Part shown: in pieces, positions 16,932 through 26,666 of the stretch
How positions within the stretch are numbered: position 1 is the stretch's first letter
Layout: the number at the start of each line of letters is the position of its first letter
NCBI GenBank assembly: GCA_043811375.1
Contig: JBDRNJ010000036.1
Span: 648 to 64,647, forward strand
DNA length: 64,000 bases
Direction of reading: 5' to 3'
From: a bacterium
GTDB taxonomy: Bacteria; Zixibacteria; MSB-5A5; GN15; FEB-12
The notes under the pieces: model-generated
Database searches by the model: none
What the model saw: the letters and a program-made list of their open reading frames with translations, nothing else
What the model was told of the DNA's origin: nothing
Program-made: the position numbers and the translations under genes

Positions 16932-17198
16932 CTACAGGTACCACCATCTAAAGTACACAATCACCAGCAGTACCACCAGCACCGACATGAAATTGATCTT
17001 CAGTGTCAATCCAAAAGTAAACGAAATAGCGTAAAAATCAACCTTGAAGGTATCTATACCCACCTCCAGCGATTTGGTGAAGACGGTCTTGGCGGCACTC
17101 GCCGGCAGGAAAGTGCCCACGATATCGCCGATCAGCCCGCCTATAGCCGCCCCCAGGATAAGCGCCACAATCAGGAATGTCAACTCGCGACGTCTCAA
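16932..17198 (-). CDS. Small membrane protein, DUF4321-like
   Basis: 88 aa with two TM segments. The pattern [16 protein letters not shown]...[26 protein letters not shown] resembles DUF4321. It overlaps the purQ stop by 4 nt. Confidence 0.5.
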   Translation of the reverse strand: MRRRELTFLIVALILGAAIGGLIGDIVGTFLPASAAKTVFTKSLEVGIDTFKVDFYAISFTFGLTLKINFMSVLVVLLVIVYFRWWYL

Positions 17199-17908
17199 GA
17201 GCCACCTACCGGCGAAAGTGTTGACAGAGATGCCCTAATCGACCGGAACACCTTCAGCCCGTCAGCCGAACCCAAAATCTCCTCCACCGCTCGTTCCGGA
17301 TGGGGCATCATCCCCAGCACATTACCTTCCCGGTTGATAATACCGGCGATATTGTTCTGTGAGCCGTTGGGGTTGGCGGCGGCGGTGGCATTACCTTCAC
17401 TATCTACATATCTAAACACCACCTGGCCGTTGTCCTCCAGGGTCCGCACCTCATTATCGAAATGATAGTAGTTGCCCTCGCCGTGCGCAATGGGGATTCG
17501 CAGTTTTTCACCCCGCTTACATTCACGCGTGAAGGGGGTGGTATCGTTTTCAACCTTCAGGTTGACATATTTGCAGCTAAAACGCAGGTGGTTGTTGCGC
17601 ATGAGCGCACCCGGAAGCAGACCGCACTCGGTTAAGACCTGGAATCCGTTGCAGATACCGATAACCAGGCCACCGGACTCGGCAAAACGCACCACCTGGC
17701 GGACTATCGGCGAGAACCTGGCAATCGCCCCCGCCCGCAGGTAGTCACCGTAGGAAAAGCCGCCGGGAAGTATCACCACGTCGCAGCCGGCCAGCTCTTC
17801 GGACTTGTGCCACAGGAACTCCACATCCTCCTTCAGAACGTGACGAGCGGCGGCGTAGGCATCATAATCGCAGTTGGAGCCGGGGAATGTCACCACGCCG
17901 AATTTCAA
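17195..17908 (-). CDS. purQ: Phosphoribosylformylglycinamidine synthase, glutaminase subunit
   Basis: [32 protein letters not shown] (nucleophile Cys) and MPHPER. Confidence 0.92.
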   Translation of the reverse strand: MKFGVVTFPGSNCDYDAYAAARHVLKEDVEFLWHKSEELAGCDVVILPGGFSYGDYLRAGAIARFSPIVRQVVRFAESGGLVIGICNGFQVLTECGLLPGALMRNNHLRFSCKYVNLKVENDTTPFTRECKRGEKLRIPIAHGEGNYYHFDNEVRTLEDNGQVVFRYVDSEGNATAAANPNGSQNNIAGIINREGNVLGMMPHPERAVEEILGSADGLKVFRSIRASLSTLSPVGGS

Positions 17909-18156
17909 GGCAGCTTCTCCACTGTATATTTCTCGATGACGGGATTTGTCAATAGTTTGGAGCAGATATCCTCAATCTGCTGATCGATATGAGCGGCATC
18001 ACCCTTGATTTCCAGTTCAAAGAAACGCCCGGAGCGAACAGCCAGAAAATCCTCATAGCCCATCTGGGTCAGAGCCTTGTGAATAGTCTGCCCCTGCGGA
18101 TCCAGAACACCGTCTTTGAGCCGAACGTAAACAACAGCCTTGTGATTGTCACTCAT
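17905..18156 (-). CDS. purS: Phosphoribosylformylglycinamidine synthase subunit PurS
   Basis: 83 aa with [16 protein letters not shown] and NPVIEKY motifs. It is translationally coupled to purQ. Confidence 0.88.
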   Translation of the reverse strand: MSDNHKAVVYVRLKDGVLDPQGQTIHKALTQMGYEDFLAVRSGRFFELEIKGDAAHIDQQIEDICSKLLTNPVIEKYTVEKLP

Positions 18157-18925
18157 GTCTGTCCTTCCTGCGTGGACGGTGAACTCTGTCGGGTCGACCG
18201 GTTACCCGGTCCACCCCGACACTGAAGAGGCGAAAGAGTTCTCGTATCATTCCAAATAATATATACGAAGCTATCAGTGGAAACAACAACAGTCTCGGCT
18301 GGAAAATGATAGCCACCGCCGCTCCCAGCAGCACAGCTAACTTAATGCGGTTCTGGCGCGTATCAAACCGGTTCGGGAAAGTATCGTACTGTACCTGAGA
18401 CACCATCAGGAAAGCGAACAGGATTATCATTGAGACCAGCAGTTCGCTATACATCAACTCACCCCACAGGTGGTAGGAAAAAATGATATATGCCACCAGC
18501 CCAAAAGCCGCCGCCGGCACCGGCAAACCCAGGAAATCCTTTTTTTCATCGGTGTCCGCCAGAAGGTTGAAACGGGCCAATCGATAGGCCGCCGCCATGA
18601 TATAAACTATGGAGATAATCCAGCCCCATTTGCCAAGGGCATTGAGCTTTATGGAATAAACCAGCACCGCCGGAGCCACGCCAAAAGAAAGAAAATCGGC
18701 CAGAGAATCCAGTTCAATGCCGAATTGAGAAACTCCTCCGCTGATCCTGGCGACACGGCCGTCCAGCGCATCTAAAAAACCTGCCAGGATCACAAACCAG
18801 CAGGCAGTGGTGATATTGCCTTCAAAGGCTGACAGGATGGCCAGAAAACCGCACACCACGTTGCCCATTGTGAAGGTGCCCGGGAATATACCCCTATATT
18901 TCGACATCCGCCTCCCTGGCAGCAT
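18149..18925 (-). CDS. pssA: CDP-diacylglycerol--serine O-phosphatidyltransferase
   Basis: CDP-alcohol phosphatidyltransferase motif DALDGRVAR...G.ELDSLADFLSFGVAP. The start may instead be the internal MSKYRG at 18907. Confidence 0.85.
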   Translation of the reverse strand: MLPGRRMSKYRGIFPGTFTMGNVVCGFLAILSAFEGNITTACWFVILAGFLDALDGRVARISGGVSQFGIELDSLADFLSFGVAPAVLVYSIKLNALGKWGWIISIVYIMAAAYRLARFNLLADTDEKKDFLGLPVPAAAFGLVAYIIFSYHLWGELMYSELLVSMIILFAFLMVSQVQYDTFPNRFDTRQNRIKLAVLLGAAVAIIFQPRLLLFPLIASYILFGMIRELFRLFSVGVDRVTGRPDRVHRPRRKDRHE

Positions 18926-19595
18926 TCCCGGCGGCGGCGGCCGCTCCCTCCGGAAGTTTGGCCAGCACCGTCAAACCGGCCCGGACCTTTTCACCCAACT
19001 GCACCCGTACTTCACTGCCGGCCGGTATCAGAAGTTCGGTGCGCGAGCCAAAGCGGATCATGCCGAACTTCTCACCCGCTTTCACATTGTCACCATCCTC
19101 GATACGACAGACAATGCGGCGCGCCAGAACCCCGGCGATCTGCCGCACCACCAACCGCTGCCCTGAAGCCGATGTCAGTCCGATCTCCGTTCGTTCGTTC
19201 GCTTCGGAGGCATTGTCCTTGTAAGCGGCGAAGAACTTCCCCGGTCGGTAGGTGACGAAATCGACCCGGCCGTCGATGGGTATGCGATTTATATGGACGT
19301 CGAATATCGAGAGGAAAATAGCTACCCTGGTGGCTCGACCACCAATATGCGGCTGATTCTCGATGTTGTCTATCTTTACGATCGTACCGTCGGCAGGAGC
19401 CAGCAGCACGACCGGGTTCGCCCGGCACTGACGCGGTGGATCACGAAAGAAAAACATACAGAACAGAGTCAGCAGCGCCAGCAGTGCCCCCACACCAAAG
19501 AGCCACCAACTGTCCCAGCGCAAAGCCGCCCAGATAACCGGCACCGTCACCACCAGCCCGGTCATTATAAACAGCAACCCTTCGCGCGCAATCAT
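18894..19595 (-). CDS. psd: Phosphatidylserine decarboxylase (short, membrane-anchored type)
   Basis: Two N-terminal TM helices, then HINRIPIDG and the self-cleavage region GEKFGMIRFGSRTEL (FGS). Confidence 0.85.
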   Translation of the reverse strand: MIAREGLLFIMTGLVVTVPVIWAALRWDSWWLFGVGALLALLTLFCMFFFRDPPRQCRANPVVLLAPADGTIVKIDNIENQPHIGGRATRVAIFLSIFDVHINRIPIDGRVDFVTYRPGKFFAAYKDNASEANERTEIGLTSASGQRLVVRQIAGVLARRIVCRIEDGDNVKAGEKFGMIRFGSRTELLIPAGSEVRVQLGEKVRAGLTVLAKLPEGAAAAAGNAAREADVEI

Positions 19596-20887
19596 TTTCC
19601 GAATACCCGTTTGAAGATAGCGCCAACATTGCGTGTGTAGTAACCCAGATCAAAGCAGCTTTCTATCTCGGATTCAGACAGATGCTTGAGTATCTCCCGG
19701 TCGCGCAGAACCAACTGACGAAAGTTACCCTTCCCCTCAGCCGCTATCAACCCGTGCTTCTGCACCAGGCGATAGGCTTTTTCACGCGAACCGAGCGGAT
19801 CGACCAGTTTCAAAAGCAGGCGCTGCGAAAACACCAGGCCGCCGCCATAGTCGATATTTTCAAGCATTCGCTTCTTATTTATCACCAGCCCCTTGAGCAG
19901 TTCATGGAACTTATGCAATCCGTAATCGACGATGATAACGGCATCGGGGATAATCACTCTCTCTACGGAGGAGTGAGCGATATCACGCTCGTGCCAGAGA
20001 GCGATGTTTTCCATGGCGGTTACGGCGTATCCCCTCAGCAGACGGGCGATACCGGTAATCCGCTCGGCGGTGATGGGGTTTTTCTTGTGCGGCATAGCCG
20101 AGGAACCCTTTTGCCCTTTCGTAAACCCCTCGGCCATTTCACTTATTTCGGTTCGCTGCAGATTGCGAATTTCGGTGGCGAACTTTTCCATCGACGAAGC
20201 CAGCAGTGCCAGGGACGTGATCATATGGGCGTGACGATCCCGCTGCACCACCTGTGTGGAGACTTCGGCCGCTTTCAATCCGAGTCGCCGGCAAACGGCC
20301 GTTTCAATCTTAGGGTCAAGATTGGCGAAATTACCTACGGCGCCTGAAATCTTGCCCACCGCCACTTCTTCGAAAGCCCGACTGACTCGCTGCCGACCGC
20401 GCGTCAACTCGGTGTACCAGAGGGCAAACTTCAGCCCGACCGTCATTGGCTCCGCCAGAACGCCGTGAGTGCGACCAATACAGGGCACCATCTTGTGCTT
20501 GAGGGCCAGCGACCGGACAACTTTCAACACGGCGTCCATCTTCTTGTCCAGAATACGCCCGGCCCGCTTCAGGCGCAGCGCCAGAGCCGTGTCCAGGACA
20601 TCGTAAGATGTCATCCCGTAGTGCAGATACTTCGCCTCTTCGCCGACCGACTCCGCTACCGATGTCAGGAAGGCAATGACATCGTGGTTGACCTCAGCTT
20701 CAACCTCGTTAATACGATTGATGTCAAAGGCGGCTTTTTTTTCGATCGCCTTAAACGCCGCCGCCGGGATAATTTTGTACCGGGCCATAGCACGCGCCGC
20801 TTCGGTCTCCACTTCCAGCCAGGAGGCGAACTTGCTCTCCTCCGTCCACAGAGTCCCCATCTCCGGCAGCGTGTACCGATCTATCAT
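19592..20887 (-). CDS. purB: Adenylosuccinate lyase
   Basis: [10 protein letters not shown]...; GRTHGVLAEP; fumarate-lyase signature GSSAMPHKKNP; 431 aa. Confidence 0.92.
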   Translation of the reverse strand: MIDRYTLPEMGTLWTEESKFASWLEVETEAARAMARYKIIPAAAFKAIEKKAAFDINRINEVEAEVNHDVIAFLTSVAESVGEEAKYLHYGMTSYDVLDTALALRLKRAGRILDKKMDAVLKVVRSLALKHKMVPCIGRTHGVLAEPMTVGLKFALWYTELTRGRQRVSRAFEEVAVGKISGAVGNFANLDPKIETAVCRRLGLKAAEVSTQVVQRDRHAHMITSLALLASSMEKFATEIRNLQRTEISEMAEGFTKGQKGSSAMPHKKNPITAERITGIARLLRGYAVTAMENIALWHERDIAHSSVERVIIPDAVIIVDYGLHKFHELLKGLVINKKRMLENIDYGGGLVFSQRLLLKLVDPLGSREKAYRLVQKHGLIAAEGKGNFRQLVLRDREILKHLSESEIESCFDLGYYTRNVGAIFKRVFGK

Positions 20888-21534
20888 TAGCTTTTACCGG
20901 CTTTCTTGTAATCGGCGATGAACTTTTCCAGACCGATGTCGGTCAACGGATGCCGAATCAGAGCGGCAATAACATCAAACGGCATCGTGATCACGTCGGC
21001 TCCCAGAAGCGCCGCTTCCACCACGTGCATCGGATGCCGGACCGAAGCCACCAGCACCTCGGTATCGAAGCCGTAGTTGCCATAGATGGTGACGATATCA
21101 CTGATAAGCGCCATACCGTCACAAGAAATATCATCCAGGCGGCCAATAAACGGAGAGACGTAGGCCGCTCCGGCTTTAGCTACCAGCAGCGCCTGCGAAA
21201 CCGTGAATACCAGCGTGGCGTTTATCTTGACACCTTCCGTACTGAGAGTCTTAATCGCTTTAAGGCCTTCCAGAATAGTCGGTATCTTGATCACTATGTT
21301 GTCGGCAATCCGGCACAGCTCTCTGGCTTCTGCTACCATCCCGTCATGGTCGGTGGCCAGCACCTCGGCTGAAACCGGTCCGGGAACCACACGACATATC
21401 TCAGACAACAATTCCCGATAGGGAGTGGTCTCTTTGGCCGCCAGGGAAGGGTTGGTGGTAACGCCGTCAAGCACTCCCATCGCCGCCGCTGACTTGATTT
21501 GTTCGATGTTGGCCGTATCAATGAAAAACTTCAT
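20887..21534 (-). CDS. tal: Transaldolase type 3B / fructose-6-phosphate aldolase family
   Basis: [14 protein letters not shown]...GVTTNPSL...IKIP...NATLVFT...SPFIGR; 215 aa. Confidence 0.88.
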   Translation of the reverse strand: MKFFIDTANIEQIKSAAAMGVLDGVTTNPSLAAKETTPYRELLSEICRVVPGPVSAEVLATDHDGMVAEARELCRIADNIVIKIPTILEGLKAIKTLSTEGVKINATLVFTVSQALLVAKAGAAYVSPFIGRLDDISCDGMALISDIVTIYGNYGFDTEVLVASVRHPMHVVEAALLGADVITMPFDVIAALIRHPLTDIGLEKFIADYKKAGKS

Positions 21535-21537
21535 GCA

Positions 21538-22299
21538 TTATTCCTTCCTGTATTGAACCGACACCAGGTAAAGACCCTGGGGCGGTGCCGTGAATACAAC
21601 TCTCTCCAATGTGGAGGATTGAATAATATCCCCGAAGCGCTGCAATGTCAAGTTTTGCGGGTTGTTGTCCTTCGACATGGCGGCAAGATTGACCATAGCG
21701 CCCACCAGCGATCGAACCATACCATGTAAAAAGCGATTACCCCTTATCTCAAAGACCAGCAATGGCCCAACACTATACCAACGAGCGGTGTAGACAATAC
21801 AAACGTTGTTGGGGCGACGCGAGGCAGTGACACAAAACGGCGCAAAATCGTGCTCACCGACAATCAACCGCGCCGCCGCTCGCAGTAATGGCATTTCCAG
21901 TTCGACCGGATACTCCCAGCGCAAATGACGGTACAATGCTGATTTCTCCCGCCCAATCAGGTAACGGTACCGTCTGGAGACAGCATCGTGGCGAGCGTGA
22001 AAAATATCTCCGGCGTTGATCGAATCCATAATCCGGATATCATCCGGCAGGTAGTAGTTCAGGGCGTCCTGATATCGATTCGGCTCCAGGCGATGGTCGA
22101 TCCTGAAATTGGCTACCTGACCCAGGGCATGGACACCGGTGTCGGTCCGGCCGGCGCCAGTCAGAGTGACATGGCAGCCGGTGGTTCGGTAGATGGCGTC
22201 GGTGATCTCGCCCTGGATCGTTTTCAGCCGATCCTGTATCTGCCAACCGGAGAAATCCGTGCCCCGGTATTGGATTACAAGCTTTATATTGCGTACCAC
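21538..22299 (-). CDS. truA: tRNA pseudouridine(38-40) synthase
   Basis: IQYRGTDFSGWQIQ...GAGRTDTGVHALGQV (catalytic Asp)...RFLHGMVR. Confidence 0.9.
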   Translation of the reverse strand: MVRNIKLVIQYRGTDFSGWQIQDRLKTIQGEITDAIYRTTGCHVTLTGAGRTDTGVHALGQVANFRIDHRLEPNRYQDALNYYLPDDIRIMDSINAGDIFHARHDAVSRRYRYLIGREKSALYRHLRWEYPVELEMPLLRAAARLIVGEHDFAPFCVTASRRPNNVCIVYTARWYSVGPLLVFEIRGNRFLHGMVRSLVGAMVNLAAMSKDNNPQNLTLQRFGDIIQSSTLERVVFTAPPQGLYLVSVQYRKE

Positions 22300-22303
22300 A
22301 GCC

Positions 22304-23107
22304 TTATCCCGTCAGTAAATAAGTAACCAGCACCAGGGCTGATGAACCCAGCATGAACAACCATTCCGACAGGCCAAAATGATGGCGGGAAAAGTAAGTT
22401 CTTTTTGGGCTGAGCCCGTATCCACGCGCCTGGATGGCCAATGCCAACTCATCGGCTCTCTGAATGGCGGCCACAAAGACCGGGATAATGATATAGACGC
22501 TTTTTTTTATCCGATTGAACACCGACCCTCGAAAACGAACACCCCGTACTATCTGCGCGTTGCGAATAGTAATAAACTCCTCGTAGAGAACCGGAATGAA
22601 GCGGATTGCTAAAAACAGTATCAAAGCCAGGTCATGCACCGGTATACGAAGCTTCTCCAGCGGTCCCAGCAGACGGGCGAAGGCATCGGCCAACTCCGAG
22701 GGAGAACTGGTAAGGGTCACCAGGAATGCTACCGCCACAAAAAGAACCAGCCGCAGCGAAAAGAAAATCGCCCGCTCAACGGCTCCTTCGGTAACCCGGA
22801 GTCCGAATACCTCGACCAGTGACCGTGACTCCCCGGGCGCAAACAGAATGTGGTAGATCATCGTGATCAACACCAGAATCAGGATAGGTTTGAAGTTGTT
22901 GAGCAACACTGCCGGTGCGACTCTCGAGACCAGCAGGCCGCCGACCAGAAAGGCCAGAGTTACCAGGTAGAAAACGATCGAATTGGTCAGCAGGGACAGC
23001 ACCAGCACCAGCAGTACCGGCACCATCTTGGCCCGGGCATCCTGCAAATGCAGGAAGGAATCCAGTGGGCGATACTGCCCCAGCAATATGGGACTACTTT
23101 GGAACAT
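22304..23107 (-). CDS. ecfT: Energy-coupling factor transporter transmembrane component (CbiQ/EcfT family)
   Basis: Polytopic membrane protein with the conserved LDSFLHLQDARAKM start and the two Ala-Arg-Gly type coupling helices (IRNAQIVRGV.., AIQARGY). Confidence 0.75.
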   Translation of the reverse strand: MFQSSPILLGQYRPLDSFLHLQDARAKMVPVLLVLVLSLLTNSIVFYLVTLAFLVGGLLVSRVAPAVLLNNFKPILILVLITMIYHILFAPGESRSLVEVFGLRVTEGAVERAIFFSLRLVLFVAVAFLVTLTSSPSELADAFARLLGPLEKLRIPVHDLALILFLAIRFIPVLYEEFITIRNAQIVRGVRFRGSVFNRIKKSVYIIIPVFVAAIQRADELALAIQARGYGLSPKRTYFSRHHFGLSEWLFMLGSSALVLVTYLLTG

Positions 23108-23168
23108 AACGGCAACTTCAGGGAAAATAGGCAGTGGCGATCAGAGAGCAAAGCAGTTATTTTCCTGC

Positions 23169-23330
23169 TCAGTCATTCTCCGGGCGTTGCCGTTCGTCAA
23201 GGTCCCTCATCACCGGGCAGGAAGCACAGCCGGCCTGGCGACGACGGCGGCGAACGTAACGTATAATCAGGTAGGTCACGGCCAGTCCCACAGCAACACC
23301 AACCAGAACCTGCTGCCAGAAAATGTCCAT
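23169..23330 (-). CDS. FeoB-associated Cys-rich small membrane protein
   Basis: Not in the ORF track (53 aa). Hand translation: MDIFWQQVLVGVAVGLAVTYLIIRYVRRRRRQAGCASCPVMRDLDERQRPEND. It has one TM helix, an Arg cluster and a C-x-x-C. Its ATG overlaps the feoB TAA (TAATG). Confidence 0.6.
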   Translation of the reverse strand: MDIFWQQVLVGVAVGLAVTYLIIRYVRRRRRQAGCASCPVMRDLDERQRPEND

Positions 23331-25711
23331 TACCATCCCCACCAGGCCGCAAGCTGGTACGTAGCCAGCGCCAGCAGGTAGGCCAGGATAGTCATGTAGG
23401 TAAAGGCGAAGAGAGCATAGCGCCAGCCACCGGTTTCATGTCGGATAGTAACCAGTGTCGCTCCGCACTGACAGCAAATGGCAAAAAAGACCATGATCGA
23501 TAGAGCCACTGCTATCGTGAAAATCGGTTGCCCGGCCCTGGGGCCGTGGTGCCATCGGTCCTGCCGCATCTTATCCACCAGCGAAGCCGATTCGGCATCG
23601 ACATCGGTCCCCAGGTTGTAAATCGTGCCCAGGGTGGCAATGATCACTTCCCGCGCCGGGAACGCCGCCAGGGTAGCCATAGTGATCTTCCAGTCCCAGC
23701 CCAACGGACCAAATGCCGGTTGCAGCACCCGGCCCAGTTGACCGATGTACGAGCGACGCAATTGCTCACCGGCAGACCAACGTCTAAGCTCCGCGATCGC
23801 GGCCCGGCGACATGACTCCAAATCCCGCAGTTGGTCAACGGCCGGCGACGCTTGCGATATTGAAAACTCACCGGTGCTGTCCAGATGCTCCAATAAACCT
23901 GTCAGGTCGTCATTGTCTCGTATGTCGGTATCAACCAGACCGGTTAACCGGGCGGCGGCAGTCATGGCGGCAAAATCATAGTATTCAAGCACGGCCTTGT
24001 TCTGTCGGTCATACTCCACTTCAACATCGCGGGAACGCGGGTAGTAGCTCAACGCCCAGATGACAACGGTGATGGCCATTATAACGGTGCCGGCCCGGAT
24101 CACAAACGTCCGTACTCGAATGAACACCTTTATCATAACCGTCTTGAATGTCGGCACCTTATAGCTGGGTAACTCCATCAGGAAAGTGCCCTGCTCGGTT
24201 TTGAGAATGACTCGGCTCAGGATATAGGACACTATCACCGCCACCAGCACTCCCAGAAGGTAAAGCAGTAACAGGACGATTCCCTGCAGGTTCAAAACCC
24301 CCAGGTAGCTGCGGTAGGGTACAAAAGCGGCAATCATAATAGCGTAGACCGGCAGTCGGGCGGAACAGGTCATCAGGGGCGCTACCATGATCGTTATCAG
24401 ACGCAGTTTGCGATCCTCGATAGTGCGGGTCGCCATGATCCCGGGCACGGCACAGGCGAATGAGGACAGCATCGGAATGAACGATTTGCCCGACAAACCA
24501 CACCATCGGAACATGCGATCCACCAGAAACGCCGCCCGCGACATATACCCCGAATCCTCCAACAGCGCGATAAAGACAAACAAGATGGCAATCTGCGGCA
24601 CAAACACCAGCACCGAGCCGACTCCCCCAATAATACCGGCGGTTATTAACGACCGCAGCGGCCCTGACGCCATTTGGGTGGTCACCCAGTCGGCCAACGA
24701 GTTAAAGATGCCGTCGATCAATCCCATGAACGGCTCCGCCCAACTGAAAATCGACTGGAAAATCAAAGCCATCATCACCAGCAGTACCAGTGGTCCCAAC
24801 CACCGGTGCAAAAGGTACCGGTCCACTTTCTCGGTAAGCATTCTCTCACCGGAATGGTCGGTGGCAACGCATTTGCCGAACACCTCGGTCGCTTTGTCGG
24901 TCAGCGGCGTGGTTTCGGCGGCAGTCAGAGATAACCACCGTTGCAGTATGGCTGCCCGTCCGCGAGCCACTACCTCTGTTGCGCGTGGTCCTTCACGCTC
25001 AATGAACTTGGCTTCCGCCGGACCTCGAGTGTCAAACAGTATCCTGAAAAGGTGTGCCCGGGTGCGTTCACGCCTGGAAAACCCAGACTGCAATTGTGCC
25101 AGCACTTCTTCCGTCACACTGTCGTACTGAATGACAGACGAATCTGCCGGAGCCACCGTCGATACCCGAGCTGTCTTCAGCTTGAGCCGATCAATCCCGT
25201 TACCCCGATTGCCCACCACCGGCACCACCGGCCAGCCTCCGATCGCCGCCGACAGACAGGCCACGTCGATCTGTATCCCTCGCCGTTGAGACAGGTCTAT
25301 CATATTGAGCGCTACCACCACCGGCAGGCCGGTCTGAAGAACCTGAAACAATAAGTATAAACCACGCTCGATATTGGTGGCATCCAGCACATAAATAATG
25401 GCATCCGGCATCCGGCCTTCGTCAGCTTCACCGTAGAGAGTGGCCGCCGCAATGTATTCATCCGGAGAAAACGCAGCCAGGGAATAGGTGCCGGGGACAT
25501 CGACCAGAACGAATCGCTGCGGATTGTCCCGGTCAACAGAGAACCGACCGGTTACTTTCTCGACCGTTACTCCCGGATAATTGGCCACCCTTTGATTGAG
25601 CCCCGTTATGGCGTTGAATATGGTCGTCTTGCCGGAATTAGGATTACCGCAGATAGCTACCCGCTTGAAGTCTATAGCAGAACCCTGCCGAGTAGTTCGA
25701 GATGTGCCCAT
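23330..25711 (-). CDS. feoB: Ferrous iron transporter FeoB (G-domain plus permease)
   Basis: GNPNSGKTTIFN (G1), DVPGTYSL (G3) and NMID (G4), followed by a large polytopic permease region; 793 aa. Confidence 0.93.
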   Translation of the reverse strand: MGTSRTTRQGSAIDFKRVAICGNPNSGKTTIFNAITGLNQRVANYPGVTVEKVTGRFSVDRDNPQRFVLVDVPGTYSLAAFSPDEYIAAATLYGEADEGRMPDAIIYVLDATNIERGLYLLFQVLQTGLPVVVALNMIDLSQRRGIQIDVACLSAAIGGWPVVPVVGNRGNGIDRLKLKTARVSTVAPADSSVIQYDSVTEEVLAQLQSGFSRRERTRAHLFRILFDTRGPAEAKFIEREGPRATEVVARGRAAILQRWLSLTAAETTPLTDKATEVFGKCVATDHSGERMLTEKVDRYLLHRWLGPLVLLVMMALIFQSIFSWAEPFMGLIDGIFNSLADWVTTQMASGPLRSLITAGIIGGVGSVLVFVPQIAILFVFIALLEDSGYMSRAAFLVDRMFRWCGLSGKSFIPMLSSFACAVPGIMATRTIEDRKLRLITIMVAPLMTCSARLPVYAIMIAAFVPYRSYLGVLNLQGIVLLLLYLLGVLVAVIVSYILSRVILKTEQGTFLMELPSYKVPTFKTVMIKVFIRVRTFVIRAGTVIMAITVVIWALSYYPRSRDVEVEYDRQNKAVLEYYDFAAMTAAARLTGLVDTDIRDNDDLTGLLEHLDSTGEFSISQASPAVDQLRDLESCRRAAIAELRRWSAGEQLRRSYIGQLGRVLQPAFGPLGWDWKITMATLAAFPAREVIIATLGTIYNLGTDVDAESASLVDKMRQDRWHHGPRAGQPIFTIAVALSIMVFFAICCQCGATLVTIRHETGGWRYALFAFTYMTILAYLLALATYQLAAWWGW

Positions 25712-25725
25712 CTGATCGAAAGTCG

Positions 25726-25956
25726 CTACTCTTCCACTTTCACCGCTACCAGCGCCGCCTCGGAGTGACGCAGGGAGAGTCGACTGACACCAACCTGTAA
25801 TTCCAACGGGTCTCGCAGAGGGGCGTCCCGGAGATAGGTAAAGACGCGACCCGGCACCAACCCCATCTCCAACATCCGTCGTGTCACCGGGCTGTCGGTC
25901 GCAAAGCCGACAACTCGTCCTCGCTGTCCGGGTACCAGTTGGTCAAGGTAAGTCAT
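25726..25956 (-). CDS. feoA: FeoA (SH3-like ferrous iron transport protein A)
   Basis: MTYLDQLVPGQRGRVVGF...RRMLEMGLVPG...LRHSEAALVAV. The start is taken at the internal ATG at 25956; the ORF track extends to 25995. Confidence 0.8.
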   Translation of the reverse strand: MTYLDQLVPGQRGRVVGFATDSPVTRRMLEMGLVPGRVFTYLRDAPLRDPLELQVGVSRLSLRHSEAALVAVKVEE

Positions 25957-26010
25957 AATCTGTCTTCGGCCGTAGCATGACAACCTCCGGGGCATCCCTG
26001 TCCCGGACGC

Positions 26011-26460
26011 TCAGGCCTTCTTTCCTTTCTTCGGTGATGCCTGTTCCTTTCGGGTGCGACACTGACGACACAATCCCGACACCTCTATCTTAAAACCTTC
26101 CGGAGAGAACCGGCGTCGTCGTGCTGCCTGAGTCAGGATTGTCACCACCCGATCAACGTCAAACTCGATAAAGCTGCCGCAACCCTGACAGTAAAAATGA
26201 CCATGCGGCACCTGCGTCACCCGATCATACCGGGTGACACCATCACCGATATTCACTTCTTCCGCCAGACCTACCTGGCAGATCAGTTTGAGATTACGCC
26301 AGACGGTGCTGTAACCGACGGTATGGTCCTGCTGCCGTACTTTATCATACAACTCAGCCACTGAAACATGCTGGCCCAGCTCAAAGAACGAACGAAACAC
26401 CAACTCCCGCTGGGGAGTTATCTTGTAACCTTTGGTTCGCAGTAGTTCTCGCATCAACAA
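26011..26460 (-). CDS. fur: Fur family transcriptional regulator
   Basis: Winged-helix N-terminal half (LRTKGYKITPQRELVFRSF...SVAELYD), then HGHFYCQGCGSFIEF and GLCRQC metal-site cysteines. Confidence 0.88.
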   Translation of the reverse strand: MLMRELLRTKGYKITPQRELVFRSFFELGQHVSVAELYDKVRQQDHTVGYSTVWRNLKLICQVGLAEEVNIGDGVTRYDRVTQVPHGHFYCQGCGSFIEFDVDRVVTILTQAARRRRFSPEGFKIEVSGLCRQCRTRKEQASPKKGKKA

Positions 26461-26510
26461 TCTTCCCGTCCGGGTTCCGAATCAATGGATATTAAATCGG
26501 CCCGGCCAAA

Positions 26511-26525
26511 TGAAAACGATTTTCA
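26511..26525. promoter_or_regulatory. Candidate Fur box: perfect inverted repeat TGAAAA-CGA-TTTTCA
   Basis: AT-rich palindrome 51-65 nt upstream of the fur ATG at the head of the fur-feoAB array. It loosely resembles the GATAATGATAATCATTATC-type consensus. Confidence 0.4.
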
Positions 26526-26666
26526 ATTTCAATAACGCACATATGGGCAAAAAGTCAAGCGCTTGTTGCCTTTTTCTTTCCCCGCTAAACTGCTCCCGTA
26601 ATACTACTTTTTTGGTTGTTGTGACGCCAAATTGAAGGCGGGCATAGATATACTGCGAAATGCAGA

